A program made the position numbers and the translations under genes. DNA of 64,000 nucleotides from Candidatus Lustribacter sp. (GTDB lineage: Bacteria > Vulcanimicrobiota > Vulcanimicrobiia > Vulcanimicrobiales > Vulcanimicrobiaceae), in the NCBI GenBank assembly GCA_965277805.1, contig OZ255842.1:2624001-2688000 (forward strand), given 5' to 3'. Numbering within the stretch: the first letter of the stretch is position 1; every line of letters starts with the position of its first letter. The notes beneath the pieces are model-generated. The model saw nothing but the letters and a program-made list of their open reading frames with translations, made no database searches and was not told the origin of the DNA. Below are positions 18,633-28,278 of the stretch, in pieces.

Positions 18633-19481
18633 GTGGACACCGTTTCGGGAGCCGCCACGTCAATCAGCCCTTCGGTTACGACACCGAAGGCAGTAGTGTC
18701 GCGGTCGTTGCCGGGCTGGCTGTACGCGTTGCCGCTGCCCGTCATCCTGATCGCGGCGTGGCAGCTCTCCACCGGCGGAAAATCGTACTCGCTGATTCCG
18801 CCCCCGTCGACCGTCGTGCTGACGGCGTGGGACTACGCCTTCGGCGGCATTCGCAACGATCCGTACAGCGCCACCTTCGCGGCCAACGCGATCGCGAGCA
18901 TCATCCGCGTCTTCTCCGGCTTCTTCGTCGCGATGGCGGTCGCGCTTCCGCTGGGTCTGATTCTCGGCCGGAGCAAGCTCGCGCGCAACATCATCGATCC
19001 GACGCTGCAGTTCTTGCGCCCGATCCCGGTCACCGCATGGCTGCCGCTGACGATGATCCTCTTCGGTCTCGGGCCGCCGGCGACGATCGCGCTGATCGCG
19101 CTCGGCACGTTCTTTCCGATGCTCTTGAACACGGTCGACGGCGTGCGGCTGGTCGAGCCGCGCCTCATCGAAGCCGCCGAGATGCTCGGTACGCCGAAGA
19201 CCGCGATCTTCGCGCGCGTCATTCTGCCTGCGGCGTCGCCGTCGATCTTCACCGGCATCCGCATCGGCTTAGGGCTGGCGTGGGTGCTGCTGGTGGTCGG
19301 CGAGATGACGGGCGTGCCGACCGGACTCGGCGCGAACATCATGGATGCGCGTCAGTTGAGCCGCACCGATCTCGTGATCAGCGGGATGGTGTACATCGGC
19401 ATCCTCGGGTTTCTGAGCGACCGGGTCGTCATGCTGATCGGCCGGCGCGCGCTGTGGTGGAATCCCAGTGCTCGCACCTGA
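18633..19481 (+). CDS. ABC transporter permease (NitT/TauT)
   Basis: RPIPVTAWLP, EAA loop LIEAAEMLG; start placed at GTG 18633. Confidence 0.9.
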   Translation: MDTVSGAATSISPSVTTPKAVVSRSLPGWLYALPLPVILIAAWQLSTGGKSYSLIPPPSTVVLTAWDYAFGGIRNDPYSATFAANAIASIIRVFSGFFVAMAVALPLGLILGRSKLARNIIDPTLQFLRPIPVTAWLPLTMILFGLGPPATIALIALGTFFPMLLNTVDGVRLVEPRLIEAAEMLGTPKTAIFARVILPAASPSIFTGIRIGLGLAWVLLVVGEMTGVPTGLGANIMDARQLSRTDLVISGMVYIGILGFLSDRVVMLIGRRALWWNPSART

Positions 19482-20277
19482 ACTCATCCCGGCGATCGAG
19501 ACGCGCGCGCTCGACAAAACCTACATCTCGCAGAGCCGCGACGGCTCGCTGAGCGAGACGCACGCGCTGAGCGACATCAACATCACCGTCGCGCAGGGCG
19601 AGTTCATCTGCATCATCGGCGCGAGCGGTTGCGGCAAGAGCACGCTGCTGCGCATTGTCGCGGGCTTCGAGACGCTCAGCACCGGGCAGATGCACGTCAT
19701 GGGCAAGACGATCGCCGGGCCCGGTCCCGATCGCGGCATGGTCTTTCAAGATTACGCGCTCTTCCCGTGGCTGAGCGTGGCCCAGAACATCGCCTACGGT
19801 CCGCGCCAAGCGGGCTTACCGAAAGCCGAGATCGCCGAACTGACGGAACGGTATCTCGACATGGTCGGGCTGCAGAAGTTCCGCAACCGCTACCCGCACG
19901 AACTCTCGGGCGGAATGAAGCAGCGCGTTGCGATCGCCCGCGTGCTGGCCAACGATCCCGCCGTGATCTTGATGGACGAACCCTTCGGCGCGCTCGACGC
20001 GATCACGCGCAACGGTTTGCAAGAGAGCTTGCTGCACATTTGGGAAAAGGCGCGCAAGACGATCCTCTTCATCACGCATAGCGTCGACGAAGCGGTCTAT
20101 CTTGCGGATCGGGTCATCGTGCTGAGCCCGCATCCGGGCCGCTTGAAAATGGAAATCCCGATCGACCTGCCGCGCCCGCGCGATATTGCTTCGGTCGACT
20201 TCAACCGCCTCAAACGCGAGATGCTCGACGCGATCGCCCCCGATATTGCGGTAGAAGCGGCCGCGGAGGCATCGTAG
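19468..20277 (+). CDS. ABC transporter ATP-binding protein (NitT/TauT)
   Basis: GASGCGKS, LSGGMKQR, MDEPFGALD. Confidence 0.95.
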   Translation: MLAPELIPAIETRALDKTYISQSRDGSLSETHALSDINITVAQGEFICIIGASGCGKSTLLRIVAGFETLSTGQMHVMGKTIAGPGPDRGMVFQDYALFPWLSVAQNIAYGPRQAGLPKAEIAELTERYLDMVGLQKFRNRYPHELSGGMKQRVAIARVLANDPAVILMDEPFGALDAITRNGLQESLLHIWEKARKTILFITHSVDEAVYLADRVIVLSPHPGRLKMEIPIDLPRPRDIASVDFNRLKREMLDAIAPDIAVEAAAEAS

Positions 20278-21878
20278 CCCGCTCGCTGGCGATCCGGCTA
20301 GCGATCTTCTTCCTCATCGCCCTGGCGGCGCCGCCGGCGGGTGCCAATCAGGCGCACGTGTTGCGCTACAACTACGATTCTGAAGACCTCGTCCAGCTCA
20401 ACCCGTTTCTGAACACGACCTCGCCCGTCAGCACGCTCTCGGAACTGACGGCGGCGGACCTCGTGCGCTTCGACGCGCACGGCAACGCGATTCCGGAGTT
20501 AGCCACGACGGTGCCGACGCCGGCCAACGGCGGGATCAGCCGCGACGGCCTCACGATCACCTGGCACCTGCGGCACGGTTTGCGCTGGAGCGACGGTGCG
20601 CCGTTGACGGCAGACGACGCCGTCTATACGTTTCGCGTCGCGACCGATCCGGCCAACAACCTTGCCACGCGCGCTCCGTGGGAGAAGCTCACGGCACTCA
20701 CGGCACCCGATCCGTACACGATCGTGTTCCACTTCAAAGCCGCGTATGCGCTGTTTTTGAGCGACTACTTCTCACCGCTCAGCAACTCGTGCATCTTGCC
20801 CCGGCATCTGCTCGGACCGGGCACGGCGATCAACGAGGCCGCCTACAACGCGCTGCCGGCCGGCGCCGGTCCGTTCCGCTATACCGCATTTCATCGCGGC
20901 AACGACGTCGAGCTCGAAGCAAATCCGTACTACTGGCGCGGCCATGCCAAGCTCCAGCGCATCGTCTACAAGATGATCACCGATGACAATACGCTCTACA
21001 CGCAACTGCAAACGGGCGAGATCGATCTCTGGCAGCTGATCAACGGCACCCTCGCGCAGCGCGTGCAAACGCTGCCGGGAAAGGCGATCGCCACGACCTA
21101 CGGCGGTGCGTTGAGCGGGATCTACTTCAACGTCACGCACCCGGTGGTCGCGGATCCGCGCGTGCGTGAGGCGCTGCGCTACGCGACCGATCAGCGCACG
21201 ATGGTCGACAAGGTCGCGCTTGGGAACGGCTCGCCGCAGCGGTCGCTCGTGAGTACCGTGAATCCCGATTACCTGCCGTTGCCGCTGCTGCCGTACGACC
21301 TTGCTCGCGCCGGCGCGCTGCTCGACGCCGCCGGCTGGCGTCCCGGCCCCGATGGAAAACGCTCGAAGAACGGAACGCCGCTCACCATCGATCTCGCCGT
21401 CCCCGCCGGCTATCCGCCGAGCGAAAGCGAAGCGGGTATCCTGAGCGCGGACTGGGGACGCATCGGCGTTCAAGTCGCGATCCATCCGTGGGCGATGTCA
21501 TCGTACTTCGCACCGGCCGAGGCCGGCGGTCCGCTGCGCGGCGGAAAGTTCGACGCCGCGCTGTTCTCACAGGCGAGCGGCGTGCTCTACGTCGGCGTTC
21601 GCAACAACTTGACGTGCGATTCGATTCCGCCGCACGGCTTCAACTTCACGCGCTACTGCAATCCCGCCCTGGACGCGCTGAACGCCCAATACGAAACGTC
21701 CTTCGACCCCGGCCGGCGGAAGGCGATCGCCGGCACGATGCAGCGCATGCTCGATCGCGACGTGCCGGGCATCGTGATCTATCAGCGGCGCTTCTTGTCG
21801 GCATTCGACGCACATCTCACCGGCTTTCATCCCAACCCGTTCAGCAGCTGGGGCGATCCGCTCGACCTCGATATCTAG
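20271..21878 (+). CDS. Peptide/nickel ABC substrate-binding protein (family 5); start uncertain
   Basis: PELA, LRWSDGAPLTADD, GAGPFRY; in-frame signal peptide (LAIRLAIFFLIALAAPPAGA) lies upstream of first canonical start 20358. Confidence 0.8.
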   Translation: MVARSLAIRLAIFFLIALAAPPAGANQAHVLRYNYDSEDLVQLNPFLNTTSPVSTLSELTAADLVRFDAHGNAIPELATTVPTPANGGISRDGLTITWHLRHGLRWSDGAPLTADDAVYTFRVATDPANNLATRAPWEKLTALTAPDPYTIVFHFKAAYALFLSDYFSPLSNSCILPRHLLGPGTAINEAAYNALPAGAGPFRYTAFHRGNDVELEANPYYWRGHAKLQRIVYKMITDDNTLYTQLQTGEIDLWQLINGTLAQRVQTLPGKAIATTYGGALSGIYFNVTHPVVADPRVREALRYATDQRTMVDKVALGNGSPQRSLVSTVNPDYLPLPLLPYDLARAGALLDAAGWRPGPDGKRSKNGTPLTIDLAVPAGYPPSESEAGILSADWGRIGVQVAIHPWAMSSYFAPAEAGGPLRGGKFDAALFSQASGVLYVGVRNNLTCDSIPPHGFNFTRYCNPALDALNAQYETSFDPGRRKAIAGTMQRMLDRDVPGIVIYQRRFLSAFDAHLTGFHPNPFSSWGDPLDLDI

Positions 21879-23209
21879 TGCAGCGCCGGCTCGATTGCGC
21901 GGCGCGCGAACGCGGCGAGCGCGCCGTCGGCGAACGCTGGCGCGATCAGCGTGATGCCGATCGGCACGCCGCTCGCATAGCGGCCCGAGGGAATCGCGAT
22001 CGCGCACAGGTCGAAGAAGTTCACGAAGTTCGTGTACGTACCGAGCGTGGCGTTGAGCGCGAGCGGTTCGGCGGCGATTTGCTCGAGCGTGTAGATCGTC
22101 GGCGACGTCGGCACGACCAGCACCGGTGCCCGTTCGAAGATCGTCATCGCGGCGGCGCGCAGTTCGCGGATCCGGTAGCCGGCGCGAAACGCGTCGACCG
22201 CGCTGAAGCGCCGGCCGCCTTCGACGATCGTGCGCGTGACGTCGAGCAGTGCGTCCGGATGCGATGCCGCGAAGTCCCCGAACGCGGCCGTTCGCTCGGC
22301 CACGAACGCCCCGTTGTAAAGTAAGTCCGCCGCTTCATAACAGGCCGTCATGTCGACCGCGACCGGCGTTCCGCCGAACGCTTCGAGTCGCGCAACCGCC
22401 TGTTCGAAGCTGCGCTGCGCCTCGGCGTCACCGCAAAACTTCCGCTGCTCGACGGCAGGTACGGCGAAATCAAAGCGCTCCGGAATTTCCGGCATACCAT
22501 CGCCGCGCTGCCGCGAGAACGCATCGCGGGCATCCAATCCCGCGGCTACGTCGAGAACGGCTTCGGCATCGTCGACGCTGCGCGCGAAGATCGACACGCA
22601 GTCGAGCGAACGGCAAGCCGGCACGACGCCCGCCGCACTGATGATGCCGAACGTCGGTTTGAGACCGACGATGCCGTTGAAGCCCGCCGGCACGCGTCCC
22701 GAACCGGCGGTGTCGGTGCCGAGCGCAAACGTCACGAGCTCGCGCGCGACGGCGACGGCCGAACCCGAACTCGAACCGCCCGGGATGTAGCGCGCATCGT
22801 GCGGATTCTTCGGCACCCCGTAGGGCGAACGCGTACCGACGAGTCCGGTGGCGAACTGATCGAGATTGGTCTTGCCGACGAGAATCGCGCCCGCCGCCTC
22901 GAGCCGCGCCACGGCCGTCGCTGAAAATTCCGGCACGTATGCGAAATCGGGACACGCCGCCGTCGTCGGCATCCCGGCGACGTCGATGTTGTCTTTGACC
23001 GCAAACGGAACGCCGAACAGCGGCAGCGCGCTGCGTTCCGCTGCCGAGCATGCGTCGAGCGCCCGCGCCCGCGCCATGACGGCATCCGGGGGCACGCACG
23101 AGATCCACACCGGATCGTCCGCGTCGATCGCCCCGAGCGTTTTCGCCATGATCTCGCTCGGCGTCGTGCCGTCGGCATATGCGGCGGCGAGCGCGCGCAG
23201 GTCGTTCAA
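21875..23209 (-). CDS. atzF: Allophanate hydrolase (amidase domain only)
   Basis: FAVKDNID, KTNLDQFATGLVGTRSPYG, GGSSSGS, GTDTAGSGR; TTG 23209 overlaps upstream stop. Confidence 0.85.
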   Translation of the reverse strand: MNDLRALAAAYADGTTPSEIMAKTLGAIDADDPVWISCVPPDAVMARARALDACSAAERSALPLFGVPFAVKDNIDVAGMPTTAACPDFAYVPEFSATAVARLEAAGAILVGKTNLDQFATGLVGTRSPYGVPKNPHDARYIPGGSSSGSAVAVARELVTFALGTDTAGSGRVPAGFNGIVGLKPTFGIISAAGVVPACRSLDCVSIFARSVDDAEAVLDVAAGLDARDAFSRQRGDGMPEIPERFDFAVPAVEQRKFCGDAEAQRSFEQAVARLEAFGGTPVAVDMTACYEAADLLYNGAFVAERTAAFGDFAASHPDALLDVTRTIVEGGRRFSAVDAFRAGYRIRELRAAAMTIFERAPVLVVPTSPTIYTLEQIAAEPLALNATLGTYTNFVNFFDLCAIAIPSGRYASGVPIGITLIAPAFADGALAAFARRAIEPALH

Positions 23210-24537
23210 GCGAACACCGGAACGGTGCCGGCGCCGGCGACGCCGCGGCGCTCGAGATCTTCCGCGACCGCGAGCAACATGCTCTCGCTGCCGGGACGGC
23301 CGATCAGTTGCACGCCGAGCGGCAACGCACCGTCCTCGACGATCGGCACCGTGACGACCGGCACGCCGGCGAGCGTGATCGGCTGCGTGAACACGCCGAC
23401 GTTGGGCCGGATCTCCGTTTCGACGCCGCCGATGACGATCGTGCGCTGCCCGATCGCGGTCGCCGGATACGGCGTCGCGGCCGCGACGAGAACGTCGCAG
23501 TCCGCGAACGCTGCGGCAATCTCGGCGCGGAAGAGCGAACGGAAGCGCTGCGCGCGCACGTACCAGCCGGCGGGCATCAGCGCCCCCGCGATCAGCCGGT
23601 CGCGCGTGGCGGGATCGTAATCGGCAGCGTGCCGGCGCAGGCGCGCCGCGTGCAGTTCGCCCGCCTCGGCCGCCGTGATCACGAACGCGGCTTCCCGTGC
23701 TTGGCGCGCGTGCGCGAGTTCGACGATCCGGTTCGCGCCGAGCGCGGCGCAAACAACGTCGACGGCTTGCCGCGCTTCCGGCACGAGCGCCTCATCGAAA
23801 TATCCGCCGAGCCGCGCGCTGCGTACCGCGCCGGCCGGTCCGGCATCATAGCCCGGCGCGAGCGCCGCAAATGCGGCGGTGAGATCGGTCGCCGTGCGCG
23901 CGAACGGCCCGATCGTATCGAGGCTGTTCACGAACGGATAGGCGCCGTGCGTCGAGAGCGTCCCGTACGTGGGCCGGATGCCGAAGATGCCGCAGAGCGC
24001 GGCGGGTACGCGGATCGAGCCGTTGGTGTCGGACGCAAGCGCGAGCGGCACGAGTTCGGCTGCGACCGCGGCGGCCGAACCGCCGGACGAACCGCCCGCG
24101 ATCCGCGTGCGATCGTGGGGATTGTGGGTTGGGCCGTCGTGCGCGTTTTCGGTCACGAAGCCGTAGGCGAACTCATCCATGTTCGTCGCGCCGACCAGGA
24201 TGGCACCGCACCGTTCCAGCGCCGCGACCGCCGCCGCGTCGGCGAGCGCCGGCGGATCACCGGCCGTGACCTTGGCTCCGGCGCGCGTCACGACGCCCGC
24301 AACGTCGAAGAGGTTCTTCGCGGCAAACGGGACGCCGGCGAGCGTGCCCGGATCGCGACCGGCGGCAATCGCAGCATCGATCGCCCGCGCACGGGCCAGT
24401 GCGCGTTCGGCGAAGACGGCCGTAAAGGCATTCAACTCAGGGTCGGCGGCGGTGATGCGGGCCAGCGTGCCCGCAACGACCGCGGCCGCAGTCACCGTCC
24501 CGCCGCGTACCACGCGCGCGATCTCGGCGGCGGTCAT
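23206..24537 (-). CDS. AtzE-family amidohydrolase
   Basis: AKNLFD, NMDEFAYGF, GGSSGGS, SDTNGSIR; located between atzG-like and atzF. Confidence 0.85.
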   Translation of the reverse strand: MTAAEIARVVRGGTVTAAAVVAGTLARITAADPELNAFTAVFAERALARARAIDAAIAAGRDPGTLAGVPFAAKNLFDVAGVVTRAGAKVTAGDPPALADAAAVAALERCGAILVGATNMDEFAYGFVTENAHDGPTHNPHDRTRIAGGSSGGSAAAVAAELVPLALASDTNGSIRVPAALCGIFGIRPTYGTLSTHGAYPFVNSLDTIGPFARTATDLTAAFAALAPGYDAGPAGAVRSARLGGYFDEALVPEARQAVDVVCAALGANRIVELAHARQAREAAFVITAAEAGELHAARLRRHAADYDPATRDRLIAGALMPAGWYVRAQRFRSLFRAEIAAAFADCDVLVAAATPYPATAIGQRTIVIGGVETEIRPNVGVFTQPITLAGVPVVTVPIVEDGALPLGVQLIGRPGSESMLLAVAEDLERRGVAGAGTVPVFA

Positions 24538-24722
24538 GGGACGAACACGCCCGCGACCTCGATATCCAGGCTCAGTTCCACCTCGGCGACGTCGGCAGCG
24601 AATGCGGCGAGCCGCGTCATCGCGGCGATGACGCCGGTGCGATGCTGCGCGTCGAGCGGCATGCCGAGTGCAGCCGCCGCTGCATCCACATATGCAGCTA
24701 TTGCCGGCGAATCATCTGCCAT
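24534..24722 (-). CDS. AtzG/HpxX-like (DUF4089) small amidase partner, 62 aa
   Basis: MADDSPAIAAYVDAAAAALGMPLDAQHRTGV...AGVFVP; ATGA-coupled to AtzE-like gene. Confidence 0.75.
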   Translation of the reverse strand: MADDSPAIAAYVDAAAAALGMPLDAQHRTGVIAAMTRLAAFAADVAEVELSLDIEVAGVFVP

Positions 24723-24837
24723 GTTCGAACCGTTCGCATGAAAACCGCGTGCCGTTCTGTCCAACCGGACAATCGAGGTGTCCCCTACCGCAGCAATCGG
24801 CGAACGGAGACGTGCAGGTTCGACAACATTACCGAAT

Positions 24838-25788
24838 ATGATTACGAATCGCCGCTCGTTCCTATCCGCAGCTGCAGCGGTTACCGCTGCGAGCGCCGTT
24901 CCGCCGATTGCGCGAGCCGCCGATGCGCGCACCGTCAAAGTCGGCATGCTGAAGACCGCCAACTCCGTCGTGGCGCAGTTCTATCAAAAATTTGCCGCGC
25001 CCGGTTATACCTATCAAGTCGTCGTCTTCGATACGCCGCCCGACGGGAAGGACGCAGTCGTCAGCGGCAGCGTCGACTTCGGCATCTTCGGTCTCGCCGC
25101 AGCCACGCTCGGCGCCGCGAGCGGCCAACCCGTCACCGTCGTCGCGGCGGCCGGGGGCAAGGCGATGGCGGTCGTCGTCGATGCCGCGAGCCCAGCTAAA
25201 ACGTTCGCCGACCTCAAGGGCAAGAAGATCGCCTACCAGCCCGGCTCGACGCAAGAAGTCGTCTTGCGCGAACTCATGAAGATGAACTCGATGTCGAACT
25301 CCGACGTGCAACTCGTCCGCTTGAGCTTCGGCGACATGGCGAACGCGCTCGCGCGCGGCGACGTCGACGCATATGTCGGCTCCGAACCCGGCCCCTCGAT
25401 CAACGTGCTCTCGGGCAAGGGCAAGATTCTGCTCTATCCCTACAACACGCCGGTCGGCCAGATCAACGTGACGTTCGCAACGCGTTCCGACCTCGTGGCG
25501 AAACAGCCCGACTACGTGCGCGCGGTCGTGAAGACGCATTGTCAGGCCATGGCCTGGGCCGGCAAACCCAGCAGCCTCGACGAATTCGAAGCCGAGACGA
25601 CGAAGCTGCTCGGCCCGGACAAGAAAACGCTCGACATGGCGATGAAGAACATCACCTTCGACTACATGATCGACGCCGACTATCTCGCGAAAGCGAAGTA
25701 CTACGGTCAGCAGATGATCGCGCTCAAGGAAATCACGCAGGTTCCCGATTACTCGACGTTCATCAATACGTCGTTTCTGCCAAAGTAA
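24838..25788 (+). CDS. ABC substrate-binding protein (NitT/TauT), Tat signal
   Basis: NRRSFL signal; DLKGKKIA, ALARGDVDA. Confidence 0.88.
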   Translation: MITNRRSFLSAAAAVTAASAVPPIARAADARTVKVGMLKTANSVVAQFYQKFAAPGYTYQVVVFDTPPDGKDAVVSGSVDFGIFGLAAATLGAASGQPVTVVAAAGGKAMAVVVDAASPAKTFADLKGKKIAYQPGSTQEVVLRELMKMNSMSNSDVQLVRLSFGDMANALARGDVDAYVGSEPGPSINVLSGKGKILLYPYNTPVGQINVTFATRSDLVAKQPDYVRAVVKTHCQAMAWAGKPSSLDEFEAETTKLLGPDKKTLDMAMKNITFDYMIDADYLAKAKYYGQQMIALKEITQVPDYSTFINTSFLPK

Positions 25789-25818
25789 ATCGGCGTCGGC
25801 GGCGGGAAGGATGCCCGC

Positions 25819-26484
25819 ATGAAACCCGTCGCCGTCGTCTTCGATCTGTTCGGTACGCTCTTGGATATCGCGTCGCTGCGCGATGCCGCGGCAACGGTCG
25901 CGAGCGATCCGGTCGCGTTCGTCGCAACGTGGCGTGAGAAGCAGATCGCCTACGCCTTTGCGAGCGCGATCATGGGCACGCATGAAGACTTCGATGCGAT
26001 GACCGGACACGGGCTGCGCTTTGCGGCGGCGAAGCACGGCGTCGCGCTCGATGCCGCCGCGCACGCGCGGCTGGTGGCGGCATGGGAGAACGTCAGCGCA
26101 TACCCCGACACGGTGCCGGTGCTGGAGGCGCTCCACAAAGCCGGCGTGCGCAACGCGGTGCTCACCAACGGCACGCCGGCAACGGCCGCGGCCGCGATCG
26201 CGAATGCCGGCATCGCGGACTTGCTGGATGTCACACTGAGCGTCGAATCGGCCGGCGTCTTCAAGCCCGACCGGCGCGTCTACGAACTCGTCACCACCCA
26301 CTACGGCGTGAGCCCCGGCGAACTGATCTTCGTGACGTCGAACGGCTGGGATGCAACGGGTGCGGCGGCCTTCGGCATGCGGGTTGCGTGGTGCAATCGC
26401 ATCGGCGCGCCGGCCGAAACGTTCGGGCCGCCGCCGGCGTGGACGATGCGGGGACTCGCGGAACTCGTCGCGATCGCGAGCTAG
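25819..26484 (+). CDS. Haloacid dehalogenase type II
   Basis: FDLFGTL, WREKQI, LTNG, FKPD, SNGWD. Confidence 0.88.
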   Translation: MKPVAVVFDLFGTLLDIASLRDAAATVASDPVAFVATWREKQIAYAFASAIMGTHEDFDAMTGHGLRFAAAKHGVALDAAAHARLVAAWENVSAYPDTVPVLEALHKAGVRNAVLTNGTPATAAAAIANAGIADLLDVTLSVESAGVFKPDRRVYELVTTHYGVSPGELIFVTSNGWDATGAAAFGMRVAWCNRIGAPAETFGPPPAWTMRGLAELVAIAS

Positions 26485-27248
26485 AAGAACGTCACCGAGG
26501 CGATTCCGAGGCCGGCGATGCGCGTTTCGACCGTATCGCCCGCGGCGACCGGAATCGCGTCGGTAATGGCACCGCTGAGAATCATGTCGCCGGCACCGGC
26601 GCGCAGACCGCGCGCCGCGAGGTGCACGGCCAGCGCCGCGAGCGCGTTGAGCGGATGATCGAGCACATCGGCGGTCGATCCGTGCTGCGCGATGCTGCCG
26701 TTATGGACGAGATCCGCCGGTAGCGCCTCGTACGGCGGCGCGTCACCCACCGCGATCCGCGGTCCGATAACGTAGCCTGCCGATGACGTGTTGTCGGCGA
26801 CGAGTTCGACCGCGGTGCGCGTGCCGGAGCGATAGCGGCTGTCGGTGATTTCGATGGCCGGCGCGATCCACGCGACCGCACGCGCGAGCGCGGCACGGTC
26901 CATCGAGGGATCGATCTCCGCCGCGAGGCCGATCGCGAGTTCGGGTTCGGTGCGTGGCGCGATGAAGCCGGCGAGGTCGACACGCGAACCGCTCGCCCGC
27001 TCGCCGTCGTCGAACATCCGGCCGAAGAGCGGATGCGCGATGCCCATGACGCGCTGCTTGACCGGGCTCGTAATGCCGAGTTTCCAGCCTGACCGCCGCG
27101 CGCCGGCCGCTTCGCGCGCCGCAACGAGCGCATCTTGCGCGGCGTACGCATCGGCGAGAGAGAGCGAGCGCAGGACGTCGGGCGGATCGATCCCGCGGCA
27201 ATCGCGTTGCGCCGCAACCAGACGCGCCGTCAGATCCCCCGAGGTCAT
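26481..27248 (-). CDS. 2-keto-4-pentenoate hydratase family (FAH fold)
   Basis: GWKLGITS, TEPELA, EITDSRY, ADNTS, GDMILSG. Confidence 0.88.
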   Translation of the reverse strand: MTSGDLTARLVAAQRDCRGIDPPDVLRSLSLADAYAAQDALVAAREAAGARRSGWKLGITSPVKQRVMGIAHPLFGRMFDDGERASGSRVDLAGFIAPRTEPELAIGLAAEIDPSMDRAALARAVAWIAPAIEITDSRYRSGTRTAVELVADNTSSAGYVIGPRIAVGDAPPYEALPADLVHNGSIAQHGSTADVLDHPLNALAALAVHLAARGLRAGAGDMILSGAITDAIPVAAGDTVETRIAGLGIASVTFF

Positions 27249-27304
27249 GCGCTGAGTTTCGACGGTCCCAGGGAAACCCCGGCGGCGCCGTCGCACACCA
27301 TTTC

Positions 27305-27763
27305 ATGAAACATGTCGCCACAACGCTCGCGGCGGTGCTGCTCGCTTTCGGCGCGGGCTTCGGTGTCGCTCACCTGACCGCACCCGCGGCTGCTGCGCCG
27401 GTGCCGTTCACGGCGCAGGCCGTGGACGTCGGCGCGATCGGTTACGCCGATCTCCCCGCCGCAGCACCCAACAGCCCGCTGCACGTGAAGAACTTCGTGT
27501 CGGACGACGGCGCGACGGTCGACGTGCAGATGGGCCCGGCCGGCAAGCATCTCCATCAGAACGCCGACGAGATCCAGTACGTGGTCGAAGGCACCGGTAC
27601 GGAATGGCTCGGCGACAAACAAGTCGCGCTCAAACCGGGCGTGATGCTGCTGATTCCGCACAACACGCCGCACGGCGGAACGATCGAGACGAGCGGCCAC
27701 GTCAAGCTGGTCGCGATCCACACCCCACCCCTGCAAGCCGGCGAAACCAAACCGCTCCCCTAA
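27305..27763 (+). CDS. Secreted cupin-domain protein
   Basis: Signal peptide; HLHQNADE...PHNTPHG cupin motifs. Confidence 0.8.
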   Translation: MKHVATTLAAVLLAFGAGFGVAHLTAPAAAAPVPFTAQAVDVGAIGYADLPAAAPNSPLHVKNFVSDDGATVDVQMGPAGKHLHQNADEIQYVVEGTGTEWLGDKQVALKPGVMLLIPHNTPHGGTIETSGHVKLVAIHTPPLQAGETKPLP

Positions 27764-27764
27764 C

Positions 27765-28100
27765 GTGAAAGACGAACGCGTTCTCGTCTACTCTACCGAC
27801 GGCTCAATGCCGCTGCCGAAGGCGGGCGCGCGCAAACCCGCGCCCGCCGCGCAAAAGAACGCCGTCCCCGATGACGGCACGATCCGCGTCTTCCGCGAAA
27901 AACGCCGCGCCAGCCACGTCACAACGGTCCACGGCCTACTCGCACATGAGACCGACGCCATCGGCAAGGAACTACGCCGCCGCTGCGGCACCGGCGGCAC
28001 CACCAAAAACGGCATCGTCGAACTCCAAGGCGACCACCGCGACACAATCATCGCCTACTTCACCGAACGCAACCGCCGAGTAAAAAAAGCCGGCGGCTAA
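27765..28100 (+). CDS. yciH: SUI1/eIF1-like translation initiation factor
   Basis: LVYSTD, CGTGGT, ELQGDHRD, KKAGG. Confidence 0.88.
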   Translation: MKDERVLVYSTDGSMPLPKAGARKPAPAAQKNAVPDDGTIRVFREKRRASHVTTVHGLLAHETDAIGKELRRRCGTGGTTKNGIVELQGDHRDTIIAYFTERNRRVKKAGG

Positions 28101-28107
28101 CCCTAAA

Positions 28108-28259
28108 GTCATCCCGAGCAAAGCGCGCCGTTAGGCGCGTCGTCGAGGGACCGCCACGATCCACGCTACCGAGTACGAAGGCACGAGCGCTCGCACTCTA
28201 GCGGCCACGCTTATCTCGCATTCCTCGTCGACGTGCCTTCGGCACTTGCTCGGAATGAC
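28108..28259. repeat. REP/MITE-like element with terminal inverted repeats
   Basis: GTCATCCCGAGCAA...TTGCTCGGAATGAC, each arm with an internal hairpin; between convergent genes. Confidence 0.75.
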
Positions 28260-28278
28260 CGTAGACAGACACTCAGAC

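Noticed and set aside
18586-24756. Sigma-54 promoters near 18587 (+) and 24737-24753 (-)
   Set aside because: GG-N10-GC rule fails: spacing 12 in one, TC instead of GC in the other
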